DNA from: Halocafeteria seosinensis
Lineage: Eukaryota
Direction: 5' to 3'
DNA length: 64,000 bases
Assembly: GCA_001687465.1 (NCBI GenBank)
Contig: LVLI01000005.1
Span: 124,001 to 188,000, forward strand
Shown here in pieces: positions 50,089-63,609 of this stretch. Within the stretch, counting starts at the first letter, position 1. Each line of letters opens with the position of its first letter. A program made the position numbers and the translations under genes. The notes below the pieces were generated by a model. That model worked only from the letters and a program-made list of their open reading frames with translations. It was not told where the DNA came from and did not search any database.

Positions 50089-51816
50089 TTAAAATTCGGC
50101 ATCCAGGCGGAATTCCTCTTCCTCAGCGTTGTTTCCAACGTGTGCCTTGGAATACTCCCCAACTCTCTTCTCAAAAAAGTTCGTTTTCCCTTGAAGCGAA
50201 ATGAGTTCCATCCACTCGAATGGATTAGTAGAATGGTACACTTTGGGGACTCCTAGGGATTGCAATAGACGGTCAGCCACAAATTCGATGTACTGTTTCA
50301 TCAATTCACTGTTCATTCCAATTAGTTCAACGGGGAGGGCTTCTGATACGAATTCTTTCTCACAATCCACTGCCCACGTAATGATTTCATGTACACGCTC
50401 CTCCGGAAGCTTGTTTTCTAAGAGCGAGTATAATCTGACAAATAGTACGTGCACACATAACGATAAATTTAATCCATCTGCTGAGGCCAGCAATTGCAAC
50501 ACACTTACAAGCATGCGAAATCACAATGTAGTCCTTCGTCCCTGGAAATCAATTCATTAGAGAAGCAGAGACCAGGCATAAGTCCCCTCTTTTTTATCCA
50601 AAAGATTGAGCAGAATGAACCCGAGAAAAAGATTCCTTCAACAGCAGCAAATGCAATAACTCGTTCAGGAAAGGAGGCATAAGCCGGATCTGTCCATTGC
50701 AGCGCCCAGTCTGCCTTCCGTTTCACACAGGGGATGGTTTGGATTGCGTTGAAAAGGTGGTCTTTCTCTTTCTTATCTTTAATGTAAGTGTCGATGAGGA
50801 GTGAATAGACTTCAGAATGGATGTTTTCCACAGCGATTTGGAAACCGTAGAAACAGCGAGCTTCAGGCACTTGTACTTCGCTGGCAAAGTTTTCAGCGAG
50901 ATTCTCGTTCACAATACCATCGCTTGCAGCAAAGAAAGCAAGGACGTAGCTCAAGAAGTGCCTTTCATCGTCAGAGAGCCCCTCCCAATCCTGCGTAATT
51001 CACTCCAACCGACAGATTCGAATTGAAGTGCTCCGATGACAATGCAGCAATGTAGACGCATACCTTGTAATCACTGGACAAATCAAGTTCTTCTGCTGTC
51101 CAAAACGATGCTTCCGCCTTCTTATACATATCCCAGATCTGCAGTCATAGCCCAAACGGCGCGTTAAAACTATGGTACGTCAGGTAGGTTTTCCAGTACT
51201 TCAAAACCATTTCCAAAATGCCGATCATTCGAGCACAAACCACACAATTTGTATCAGTAAAGGTGTGGAATCAATAATTACAAATTTACATGCTTTGCTT
51301 CTTATCTTCTGGCACATGTATATGCCACCCTTCCGACTCATTTGAATTCCCGCGTTGGAATTCAAATTCGGGGTACAGGTTCAACATCTACTCATACATG
51401 CCTCTTGCTACATTTTCCCTTCGTTTCGATGAATCCCCATTCACAACAAATAAAATGCACTTATATTATCCCTTCATGCGTCGGATGAGCGTCTCTTGAT
51501 GCAGATAACGGGCTGAAAAGGACAAGATTCGGCCGTTGGGCGCGTGCAACCTACCTGGTGATAGCGGATGGGAAACAGGACGAATCTATTTTGCGTCTCT
51601 TGCAGCAGAGGTTCCGGTTTCAATTCACCATCTCGCTCCTTGCGCTGCAGAGGTTCAGGGCCAGCAAAGTTAGGTTAAACACAATTTTTAAGCCTTCCAA
51701 AGATTTTCAAAATGACAAAAACAACCAGGATTTCAAATCGTTAACGTCTGCTTCCCAAGCGCCAGTAATATACTTACCTTGAGCTCGCTTACCTTTGTTG
51801 GGGTGATATCAGTCAT
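50089..51816 (-). CDS. RNR2: Ribonucleotide reductase small subunit (class Ia R2), 5 exons
   Basis: [85 protein letters not shown]-terminal FRLDAEF. Confidence 0.96.
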
Positions 51817-53408
51817 TTTAGTGTGATATCGTGTGTAGGGGGGAGTGTCCCTGGAAACACTGAGTTGGCTGTATGAGTCGTGTGTGGAAAGAAAAAGTCT
51901 ACCTGGTGGATTTTCTTGTGAAGTGGACGCTGAATCAAACCCTTTGAATTCTACTCTACTGCCGGACGAGTACGTCACTCTTCGGGAGCGTTTGAATTCC
52001 ATTTGACTCACGATGTACTCTTCAACATTCAATGGTGTTTGAATCATGCACGAGGCGGCACTGCCGACGAATGCCAATTTATTAGGAACTTTGATTTGCA
52101 TTTGAATCAGGTAGCTTGTCATATGGAAGCATCCCTGGAAGCAAGAGACGGAAGAGTGTATTGTAAGACTCACGAAAGCGATTCGGCGCGCTCTTATGCA
52201 TATAATAGGCGCAGCGAGACTGACCCAAGCCTCAGGTTGATGGAGTGTTGTCGAGGTGCATTTATACGAGTGCACTTGACGCCAGGTCTAAATGCCCTTT
52301 CCTGCACGCGACAGAAGACCTACAAATAATACCTTTGACTTGGGAGGTAAGAGAATGGAGTATCACTGTCGTTTATCCATTCTATCAGATTAAGATTTGC
52401 GGGGGAGGGCAACCAGAATTGCGTCATTCTGAGGAAACAGAGTGCAACTCATGACACTGTAAACGACAACGGCATAAGCGAGTCAGTGGTAGTGTACTGT
52501 GGGAATTATTGAATTAAATATGTGCACGGTATGGTTTATATCCCCGCTTGACCATAATCCACCCCTTTGCTTTTGCTAACTTGACGGCGTTCTTGGAGAG
52601 TGCAGCGTGGAAAACCCCAGAATGATGCTACAAACTAGTCTACAGTGCGCAGTGGCCCCATGGATGCACAATCCTCAGTCCAGGGATGCTTTGACTTTCC
52701 ATGAGACTGTCACCAGGAGTGACCCCGTTGTAGTGTCCCGTTGTGGAGGAGGTAGCGGTACTTCCCACTGGCCACTGAGTGGCAGTGAGTGTGCCAATGA
52801 TACTAGGGGCCAAAACAGCTAAGCTCTCCCGTGCTACTCCTATAGTCAGCCCCATGGGTGACAATGATGTTTGGTGGAACGGCACGTTTGTTGTTGATTG
52901 AGGACACTTAACTGCCGTGGTACAAGGACGCTCTCCCACTTCCGGAAAGAGCTTCATACCGGAAGCCACTACCACACTAGAACACTTTCTGTAGGCTTCG
53001 TCATAACCAAGACACATTTAGAACTGTCGCTCGGGTGGTAGGGGATGCGGTGCAGTGCAGCAGCATCCCCCGACCCAGGGTATCTTTGGCCACGGGGCCG
53101 GGCTTCTGACTCTTTGGATCCAGAGCTTGCCATACAGAGACTGTCTGACACAGTACAGTGTTTTTTTAGTGCCTTCAAGCATACCTCCCTCATTCATGCC
53201 CACGTTTGAGCGTCGTCTCGTCAGAGTAAAACACGAAGCGTGTTAAACCAGCGCTATCCCACACGGGGCTGTACAGCGTACACGACAGGTATGGTGAACA
53301 ATTGGCGGTATTAAGACCCACAGACAGACAAATCAGCCGGCATGGGATAATCCGACATTCTCGAGAAGACGACGAGTGAATATATTGAACGGAGGGACAT
53401 TCACTTCA

Positions 53409-54249
53409 ATGAAGAGAGGACATCGAACATCCAGCAGCCGGAGCCAACCTGGGAACGACGCAACCAGCCGGAGTCGAACCTCTCGTTCGTCAGCGCCCAC
53501 AGGGCTACAATCCCTCGACGAGAAGCTATTACAGGTGGGTTACCCCCGTTGGCTACCGTAGCATTTGTGCATGATAGTTACGATGGTATTCGCAGGTGGG
53601 GAAAAAGTTTCCAGAAGTGTATTTCGAGGACGATACCCCGCCCCGGAAATACACGGGCCGCCCGAATACAGTTAGTGCTACACGACGTAGCACAGACGAC
53701 GGTGGCATGGCAAGAGCGAAATCATCGGGAAGGAGATATTCCCCCTCGCGAAGCCGCAGTGGAAGCAATATAACTTCGTCGAGCACCACGGCCAGTAGCC
53801 GAGGAGCTGGCGAAGGAGGGCTACGGATATTGCGAAGCAAGTCAGGCCGCCATTCGAATACATCAACTAGCTCAACGCCGACGAAAGCGAGTTCTCCTAA
53901 ACGTCCTTCTACTGCTTCCTCCCTGAGACACAGGTCCAGCAACAAAGAGGGCGCGAGGTACAAACAGCGAGCAGCTACTGCAGTTGATATCGGATCCACT
54001 TCCCCATTATGCTCTGTGATACCCGAAGACGAGCTGAAGCGTTTTGAAAAAAGAGCGGCAAACTTATCAGAAAAATTTGAGCACGATAAGGAGTTATTTG
54101 CTTCGCATGACAAAGGGGTATCCAAGCAAAGAAGTTCCAAACGCACTGCTACTATACAAAGGACCCCTGGCAATCGAGATGAACTCATAGCGGCCGACTC
54201 TTCTTATTTGTTTACAAGTAAGGACTTTACTACCTTAGGCGATATATAA
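53409..54249 (+). CDS. Hypothetical Ser/Arg-rich protein (2 exons)
   Basis: MKRGHRTSS...EKLLQ, intron GTGGGT...TCGCAG, then VGKKFPEVYFEDD... to stop 54249; low complexity. Confidence 0.6.
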
Positions 54250-54300
54250 CCTACACTCGCATTGCATGCATCATCAGCATGTTGAATTGGAGGCGGTATT

Positions 54301-57300
54301 TCATCTCTTTTGCGTGCCATGAGCTTTGCTCTTGCCGGTGGTATTTGAAGCCATTTTACTGGAGCTCTCACTTTTTGTGGTCGTAGCTCCTTGAGATTGT
54401 TGAGTCCCTCCTCCGAAAGGATCAAGCACTCCTACATTTGGAGACCTGCGTTAGAAACTTGCTGTGCATATACGCGCTGGGCTTTGCTGATGGAACGGTA
54501 ACAACCTTACCTGCTGAACATTTTGTTGTAGTTTTCTTCTCGATTGTGCAGCTCCAATTTGAAAAACTTCATCTCCTCTTTCACTTTCTGAATGACAAGA
54601 GAACCATCAGCCATGAAGAAATTTGATACAGCCCGTGCGATAATTGGTCACATACCCGCAGCTCTTTATCTTTCTTCTTCAAAGCTTCCGCTAGTTGGCG
54701 TATTCGTTTCACATCTTCCTCTCTAGGCTCTCGTTGTTCATAGCGTTGCTTCCATTCCTCAACTCTCTCTTCCATCACGTCCATTTGCTGTTCCATAAGA
54801 TTTTTCATTGTTTCCATATTTTCATCCAAGCTGCAAGATAAAACAGAAAGCATTAGATCGGGAATACCATCGAAGGGTGACTGCCACTTCAAACACACCT
54901 ATTCATTTCTCCCGCATGGTCATCCACCAGCATATCGATCGATTCCTTTTGCTGAGCAAGCATCGTATCTCTTTCATTTGTCCATTCTTCCTCTGCCCGA
55001 CGAAATTCTTCTCGCAACTTCTCTAGGTTATTTCCAAGCTCGTTATATGCTCGGCCTTGTTGCGAAAGGGAATTTTGTGCTTCGGCCAGCTTTTGTTCCA
55101 ACGCACGTATTTGGGATTCGTATTGCTCAACTGACGACTGAAGTTCACGACGGTGTTTCTCCTCAAGATTCTCGTGCTTCCTATTGAACTCGGTCTGTTT
55201 CCGTTCTAGACTCTGCTGAAGCTGTTGTTCGAGTTCTTGTTCCCTGCTTCGTACAGCTTGTGTCTTCTCTTGTTCCATGTTATCCCTCAAAGACTTCAAG
55301 GCAGAATCCTTCTCAGACGATAACTTGCTCTCCAGTTCGGACAATTGCTTTTGAGCCGCGCTCTTTAGTTCTTCCTCCTTGTCTTGCAGCTTTCGCTCCC
55401 ATTTTTCCTCCAGAAGTTTCTGTTGTCGTTCACTATCACTCCGAATATTGTCGACTTTTTCTTGCATCTGCTTCCGTAATGTTTCTTTCTCCTGTTCTAG
55501 CGCGTTAATCTTATCTCTAAACGTGGACTCGGAACTGTGCAAATGCTCTTGATAACGCTTTTCGACTTCTTCGAGCTGTTTCCTAAGCTCCTCAATTTGG
55601 GCAAGGTAATTGTTTATCTCTTGGTCGTGACGTTGCTTCAGCTCCTCCATCTGCTTTTTGTACTGCTGATCTAGTTTTTCCTCCAGCTCTTTCAGGGCCT
55701 GGGCCTTTTCATTCTCCAATTTTTTTCGGAGACTGTCAAGTTCTTCTCGATGTCGCCGTTGCTCATCCTGAAGTTGCTGTTTCAATTCGCTTGCATCATT
55801 TTTGTTTCTGTTTTTTTGTTCCTCAATGGAGATCTGAAGCTTCTTGATTTCCTCTTCGAACTGTTTAATCCTAGCCTCGTATTGACCTAGTGAGACACGT
55901 AACTCGTCTATTCTTGAATTTTTATCCTTTTGGTTCTGCTGGCTGCTAGCCAACTCTGATTCAAGTTCTTGAACTTGTTTCTGCAACGCCATCACACGCT
56001 CTTCAGCATTAGACTCCTGCACAATATACTAAGAAGTAGCTATGACTCTAAAACTCAGGGAGATCTCGTTACGTAGTAAATACCTTATCTGAAACAGCTC
56101 TCTCTAGTTCCTCAATTTTGTTGTGCGCTTCATTGAGTTTCTGCTGCAGGTCGTTGATTTCAGCCGCTGCTCTGGACTTTTCCGAATCCAGTGCATCGTT
56201 TAGTTCTTGCGAGTGTCTCGCCGAGGCGTTGTCGAGTGCTTCTTGAACCGCGTACTCTTCTTGTTTCTTCATATCTTCTTTTAACCGTTCTAGTTCCTCA
56301 GCGCTGCAAAAAGCCACACCCGTTGTACACTTAAGCAAAGCCTCTATCGATTGAATTCATCCACGTACTGTTCATTGCTCTGCTTTCTTAGTCTCTCCTC
56401 ATAGCTGGTCTCACTGTCTTTGAGATGCTGGCGGAGTTCATCGATCTTCACCTGCAGCTCCGAAGAGAGTTCATTCGTTTCTTTATGTTTGGACTCTATT
56501 TCTTCCTCTAATGATGAAATTCTGTCCTGTAGATCTTGCTTATCGTGCGATAATTTTGAATTCTCGGATCTCATTTCTTCCAGTTCTTTCCGCAACTGCT
56601 GGCATTGCCGGTTGGAGTTTTGGAGTGAACTTTGAACGTTGTAGACGGTCTTACGCTCTTCTTGAATCTGTTCTTGCAAATTTTCAATTTCTGTGAGCAG
56701 TTGCTTTTGTGTTTTTTGTGAGGTTGCATTGTCTTTCTCCCGCATTTGTTCTGACTCTTGCAGTTTAGACTCCAAAGAATGCAATTGCTGTCGTAGCACC
56801 GAAACAGTTTCGTCCTTATTCGCCGTTTCAGAATATCTTTCATCCAGCTCTTTTTGTAACTTTTCAATTTTGTCATGGGCTTCTTGAAGCGAAGAATTGA
56901 GACGTTCAGCTTCTTGTTTGCGTTGTTCGTTCTTCTCCAAGGCGGCGTTCAGATCTGCTGAAAGCTTTGAAATTTTCTCATGAGATTCGACTAGCTCTTT
57001 CTCCTTTTCTGTACACTTTCCATTAAGAGAATCGTTTTCTTGCCGTAGCTGTTCAATTCTTTCTTTTAACTCCTGTTCTGAACCCACAGAATCCTGTAGT
57101 TTTGCCTCGTATTGTTGCCTCAATCGCTGCATCTTATCTTCTAGTTCCTTTGCTTGAGAGTCAAGGTCTCGCTTCATCTCGTTGTAGTCGTTGTTTTTCT
57201 TTTGCTCTAATTCTCGTAATTCCTGGTCAGAAGATGCCTTAATTTGCTCTACCTCGCTTCGATGCCTACCCTTAAGATCTTGGAGCTCCCTATAGTGCTC

Positions 57301-57858
57301 CTCCTTTAACTGAGCGATTTCGTCATCTTTCGACGCTGCCTCATCTCTCAATTTCTTCTCGTATTGCTCGATTTTCTCATGAAGGCCTTGGACCTCTTTG
57401 TTATGCTTCGTTCTCACTTGTTCAAATTCATCCAGTCGTTGCTCGAATTTTTCGTTGATTCCTTCCATTTTTTGCTGGGCCTGCTGCAGTTCCTCCTGGT
57501 ACTTCTGCTCCAATTCTTCTTGGTGCTTCCGTTGTTTCTCACAAAATTCTCTAAAATCTTCCTTGGCATCTTGCTTCTCTCGCTCATACTGCTTTCGGAG
57601 TTCCTCTAATGCGAGTTCCGTCTTCCGTTCTTCCTTGCGTTCCTGAAGCTGCGATTCAAAGCGTTTGATCTTGTCGGCGGCATCACTGAGTATCTGCTGT
57701 ACTTCCTCGTTGTGTTGCGTCGTTATCGCCGCCTTCTCTGATTCATGATCGTCATTGACGGTGTTTAAATGGTAGATAACTTTGGTTAACTGCGCGATTT
57801 TCTTGCTCATTTTGAAGTGCAAATCTTGCACTTTTCTATTGTCCTGTCTGTCACCCAT
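54301..57858 (-). CDS. FAM184: FAM184A/B-like coiled-coil protein (6 exons)
   Basis: N-terminal DLHFKMSKKIAQLTKVIYHLNT and C-terminal YEQREPREED...EEMKFFKLELHNREENYNKMFSRSPNVGVLDP match FAM184 family signatures; long coiled coil between them. Confidence 0.85.
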
Positions 57859-58372
57859 GGTATTCACAGGATCCCCTTTAATACATGGAGCTTATATGTG
57901 CAGATGGTTTGACGTCCATAAGTAGTTAATACACTTCTCGAAACCTCAGTTTGAAACCACGTCCCATCGCCTCGCTCTTACCCTCTAGAGATGCGCAGAG
58001 TGACGGCACGTTTGATACATCGTCACAATCTGTGGTGCTTGCATCGTGTACAATGTAATTGCACTCGATTGGGAGCTCCAATGGTAAGTTCACAACAAGG
58101 GAGGTGTTTTAACGGGCGTTGTTGACTCAGAATTTAGAGTCGGAACTCAAAGTCGGGTCTTGCACACGACATTCACATGTAACTTAATCATTGTTACGAA
58201 GACAAAAGTAATTAAACGTAACTTAATTATAAAGAGCCTCTTTTGTGGAAAAACAAGAATGTGTGACCAGATGCTTGCTGGCAGTGCTGTGTATTCCTGC
58301 GGAGAAACTGGGAAGTGAATTCAGTGGCCCAGTGGCTGACAATGGGGCATACATATATTGTCGATTGGCGAA

Positions 58373-61300
58373 CTACAAAAAGTCAATACCAGAATCATCA
58401 ATTTCCTCATCTAAAGCATCTACTGCCACCATTCCTTTGGTGGTCGACACTGTGGCTGGGGCATCTTTAGGGGGTGAATTTTGGTCACCGGCTCGTTCCT
58501 CTCCTAAAGTTTGAGACTCTTCCGCATCGGGCGTTGCACTGTTCTCTTTGGTTGCCTTTTCGCCTGTTTGAGGATCTTCTTTGCGAACCAAAACGTACGG
58601 TACAGTGTCAGTATCTTCACAGTTGTGTAGCGCTCCAGCTAATATTGGGTCACTCTCCGTGACGTCGCACGCACCGGTGTATTGAGGCCAGTTTGAGGCC
58701 GTGCCTTTAGTTTTCTTGGACATCATTTCAAGCGTATCGCAACGATTCCGACGTTCTTCCAAAGAGCTGCTTTGTGGTTTCACAGAGAACAGGGCTTTGA
58801 GTTCATTCATTGTGAAATTCCTCGAGTTGTCCTCTCCTACTTTGCTGTGGATTGACATGGCGAGCTCCTTCTTCCTAAGCTGACGCTGATAAATCTTTTC
58901 TTCTATAGTATCCACGTTGAAGAACCTATAGATATGACAAGTGTGCTTCTGGCCCTCCCTCCATATTCTCGCCATAGCCTGGTGATCGTTTGCCGGATTC
59001 CAGTCAACATTGAACATTACCAATCTGCTCGCACCTATGAGATTCAAACCCGTGCCACCGGCTTTAGATGAAAGAAGAAAGACTCTACATTCAGCGGCCG
59101 GACACATATTGAAGAAATTGACTAGCGATTGACGCTCATCCGAGGCGGTACCCCCGTCCAGTCTAAGGAATTTGACGTCCCTAAAGGAACACAGTTGGGA
59201 AATTAGATCCAAAGGCTGCAACCATTACATCCAGTGAGCAATGAGTAACATTTGCAGCGCTACGATTAACCATACCTGGGTAGAGTGAGACACGATTACG
59301 ATCTTCTCAGTGGTGTTGTGGACAACGCCCTGAAGCAGCTTATCCAAAACACGAAACTTGGAAGAAGCGTTGATAAACGCTTCTGCATACTTTGTAGAGT
59401 CTCCCCCTCTGAAATTCAGGCGCTCGAGAAGACATTTGACCAAGGCTCCGGGCTGAAAACCATTACCGTCTGTCTCGGTATCAATGAGGTCCGGTTGTTT
59501 CCGGAGGTATTCTCGAACTGTACCGGCTGCTTTCTCCCGACGAACGGGATAGGCAAACCCCAGTGCTTCTGCAGCCGCAACTGCGACGAATTTCTGCGAT
59601 TCTTCGTAGGGGTTCCTTTCAGGATACTTGTCATTGTCGTAGCGCCCCCAAACCAACAGCGGATGGTCACAAACCTGCTTAAGATACCCTGTTTGAAAAC
59701 CGCTTGATATTAGAACGCATAAGAGGGTACATGAGAGTCAATAACGCTTACCAAGGAGTTGTAAAGCCGATGCTTGCGTCTCTGCACTTCGGTTTCGAAG
59801 GAAGGCAGCAAAACTCGAGCGTAGGAGTTCTGCGTATAGCTTTCGTTGTACATCGGAACAATTGATGAATATGCAGGACTCTACTTTTGTTGGAAGGAAC
59901 TTCGAAATAGCATCGCTAGTCCTTCTCAAAACAAACAAGGATGTTAAGCGTGATAGTTCCTGACTCCGTTGCTCCCCGATCTCTTTATCCTTCGTAGTGG
60001 CTTTCGTGTCTCTGCTACTCTCTATGGGAGATTCGAACACGCGGCGGAAGGTCGACAGATTACCCAGCACATCCGGGTTGGCAAACGATACCATGGCGTA
60101 GAACTCCTGCAAGTTGAATCTAACGTCTACTGAGTAGTTCTTATGAAGAATAACAATTTCTACTACTCGTACCTGAAGGTCGTTCTGAATAGGAGTCCCC
60201 GTCAATAGTACTCGGCGACGGGTCGGGCATTGGTTTAGCGCTGCGATGGTCTTGTTTCCTAAACTATTTTTTAGACGATGCCCTTCATCGCACACTAGTA
60301 GCCCAATGTTCGCTTTGGTTAACTCCGTTGAGAATTTTCTGTACATCTCGTAGGATACTGCACAGATAATTTACCAGAGTCTAGGATCGTAGAAAACTTT
60401 ACGCTTCGATGCGATCCTTACATATCAACACCGGGAATACTTCAGCCCCTCCCATCACAAAATCCTGTACATGACCGGATGTCGTTTTATCCGCTTTTGT
60501 TATGGCTAGCGGTTTGCACCGATCGTCACCCAACCACTTCTTAAACTCTCGTTTCCAGTTTGCAACAAGAGAAGACGGAGTGACGATCACAGCTTTCGAA
60601 ATCGTACGGTGTCCATTTATATTCTGTTTTAGCATCGTGTAAATTAGTGTGATTGTAGAAAGAGTCTTTCCCAAGCCCATCTCATCAGCTAGGATACATC
60701 CATTGCCTTCGAAACTGCATGTGCATGGTATTATGCTAAGCATTTCGCTAACCGACACAAACTCCTAGAGAATAGCTTACTTTCTTAGTCCCATTGTACA
60801 TTCCCATAGGAACTGTACAGCTTCCCGCTGATGCGGGCGCAATACCGCTGCCACAGTAGGCTCGACCACTACGGGAACGAGTCTCTCTCCGTTGGCTTGC
60901 GTCAGGGTGCCGTCGTCAGCTAATATACCACCAGTGTCTAAAGACTGCTTACGGCTTCCGGAAGACTGAGGCCACTGGAGAACCAGAGCATTTTCTGCGA
61001 AGGGGTTATGTCGCGGTTGCGCAGGTTTTCTGGCCTTCCGGAAAGTAAGGCCTTCACTGTCAGAGCTTGATGCTCGTTTCTTCGAGCAAAGAGGTTGTAC
61101 AAAGCCTTTTGAGGAACCCAAATCCATTTTAGTTGTATCAGCGGTGGTGGAAGAGTTGATGAATATTCTTCCGGTTTCAAACTCTTCCTTGTTAACTTCA
61201 TTGTTTACCTGGATCCCGAGAATGGCTTTAGTGATACTATATAAAGTCATCCTTTTCTTGTACCCTATGACCCCATACCTCTAAATCGTACGCTCCTACT

Positions 61301-61781
61301 CCTAGGGACTCACCATTCCCCAATGTAGCAAAACGAGTATGAGCTTTCCCAATGCGTTTCCCTGCACTATTCTATATTTACTTCCAACGACGCGCAGAGA
61401 ATCGGCACCACTAGGTTACTTACCCTCCATATCATAGAGACACGCCCATCTCCCATCCAAAGAAAGCACCCCATCCATGTACGTCTTTTTCTTCTTTGAA
61501 GAAGATTTACAATACATGACTGAGAAGTACTTACACGGAGCGGTTTCCCCCGGGGGAACTTTGGTACCAGGGGTTGGAGCATTCGAAACAGATGGACGTG
61601 ACGCCAAGGTGGAAGGCTTCTGCTTGGCTCCGTCAATGCGTTGTGGGGGCTTAAAAGCAGGCGGTTTAAAAGGTGTTCGTTTTATGACGGGGCCATTAGA
61701 TGAGGTTTGAGTTCCTTCACAAGAAGTACTGGCCACAGGACCGGAAGTGGAATCCGCCATTTCGTCCACTGATCTCTGCAT
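58373..61781 (-). CDS. RAD54B: RAD54B/Rdh54-like SNF2 DNA translocase (multi-exon)
   Basis: [74 protein letters not shown]-terminal [22 protein letters not shown] is typical of RAD54B/Rdh54. Start is 61781 or 61760. Confidence 0.9.
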
Positions 61782-62381
61782 TAGACATAAACCAAGACAT
61801 GCAATTACTATACCAACGGGGGAAATCGGAGCAAGGGACTGTTGATACGGGTGGTAGAGACGGTTTATCTAGGGAGGAGACCACGCAACACACCTCCAGA
61901 GGAAAGAGGAATTCTAGGAATAAAAGGAATTCTTCTTCTTCGTTCTTTCCTTATATAGGAACAATATTGCCATGCAATGAAAAAAGAGTACAGTAAACCG
62001 AGATTTTCATCCCACGCACCTTTTAGCGGCAAGAAAATGCCAGGCGCTGAGTAAACGGCAAGCAGGGAGATGAGCGCAGCAATTTAGCCCACAACGGACA
62101 GTTCTACCGCCTAACAAACCATTCCATTCAACCCTAAGTGATCTCAATGTTGAGGCGGGTTAAATCAACACTCCCATTAATCGTATTGTAGACAGTCTGT
62201 AGCGTGACAGTGAGGAGGTTCACATATTCGCGTCTAGCAATTCAAACACAATTCAAATGCATCGCCAAGTCTGCCGCCGGTATTTTGCGCACTACCGACA
62301 CAATTGGTGTATCTATGCATAGGTTTGAATTATTCTAATGTTATTAAACGTGCGATATTGAAAATACATATTGTGGACACG

Positions 62382-63571
62382 ATGGACAGCGAATCAAAGA
62401 CTACCTGTAAAGTCTTTCTACTTCCCAGCGATCCTTCGAAGGGTATGTACCATGATGTATGTTTTCCCCATTCCCTACAATGGATAAAGCTTTTCCGTCT
62501 CGCGTCATTCGGTCAGATAGGAAATCATTTAGTGCATCGAGGCTACAGCTCTTAAACCTAAGCATTGAAGGTTCGTATATGCGGCGCGGCTATGGCGTGA
62601 GACTGCGTTTGGGTATCTCTTAACACATATACAGATCCTTCAAAGGAACGAAGGAAAGTTTCGTGTCTAGTTGAGGGAGAAAGAGTATATTTTGTCACCT
62701 CGGCTGAAGCGGATGTGCCACGAAGCTGGTTCATAGACCAGGAAATTGAGCAAGGTATGCCCAATCTTTACCGAACTTGACGTTTTCTGATACCTACATG
62801 TAGTACAATTGTACCGGTATGCTTCCAGATGGGAGACTATACTGCGCAATACCTATTGACCCTCTACTGCTGTTGTTGGACGCACTCTCCCAACACAATC
62901 AGAACGTTGTTCCCTTGGATCAACTTCTGTTCGAGAGTGTACCTCCGGAACTCCAGGAACCGATTCGGAAGGCTAACGTCGATCAAGTGTTTGATGTACA
63001 CCGTAGGTTGTCCACTTTCAAAGTTTCAGTTGCCATAGTGTTTTGATTAGTTTTGTCTTTCCCGTTCTCTGCTCACACAGATGTTTCGGGAGAATTGATG
63101 GTGAAATTTAACACCGGAAAAGCAACAAAATGGCTGGGTGCTCATGTCGTACGGCTAGCTGAGGTTCTTGATAGTCTGAATCCATCGAAAGACATTTCTC
63201 AGGGGAAAACTTCGTCTAACCATTTTGTTGATCCAGATTCAGTGTCTCGTCAAAGCGAAACCAACATTGACGGCATCCCGTCGATGCTGTCTCTCCAGGA
63301 TTCTCTCCATCTGATCTCGGAGTTTGTGTCCTCTGGTCTCACGGATTCGGTTAAAACCACGTTGCACATTGCCGAAAAAAAACATTCTGAACCCCAACAA
63401 AAGTATGCCGATGAGAGGCAGCAAGTTGAATCGAGAAGAAACAATGAGCAAACCAACGTCAATGGCAGTAAAGGTGGAACGGAGCAGAAACTAACATCCC
63501 AACAAAAGAAGCTCGCAAAAACGAATCTTAAGGGAATGAAATCAATGCAAAGTTTCTTTGGTAAGAAGTAA
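62382..63571 (+). CDS. RNASEH2B: Ribonuclease H2 subunit B (5 exons)
   Basis: RSWFIDQEIEQ|DGRLYCAIPIDPLLLLL and a C-terminal PIP-box-like KGMKSMQSFFGKK. Confidence 0.85.
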
Positions 63572-63609
63572 ATTACTGACATCGGAAGTTCTATTGGCGA
63601 AAAAATTGG

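Noticed and set aside
52120..52240. Peptide PWKQETEECIVRLTKAIRRALMHIIGAARLT resembling a BEL/Pao integrase helix
   Set aside because: Short, with no DDE context, LTRs or RT; likely chance.
53255..53275. CCACACGGGGCT resembling RNase MRP CR-V
   Set aside because: No matching GAAAGUCCCC CR-I at a suitable distance.
53553..54188. 211-aa minus-strand ORF
   Set aside because: Antisense to the spliced plus-strand Ser/Arg-rich gene.
62129..62138. AACCCTAA as a possible telomerase RNA template
   Set aside because: Only 8 nt, in a promoter region, with no supporting structure or terminator.
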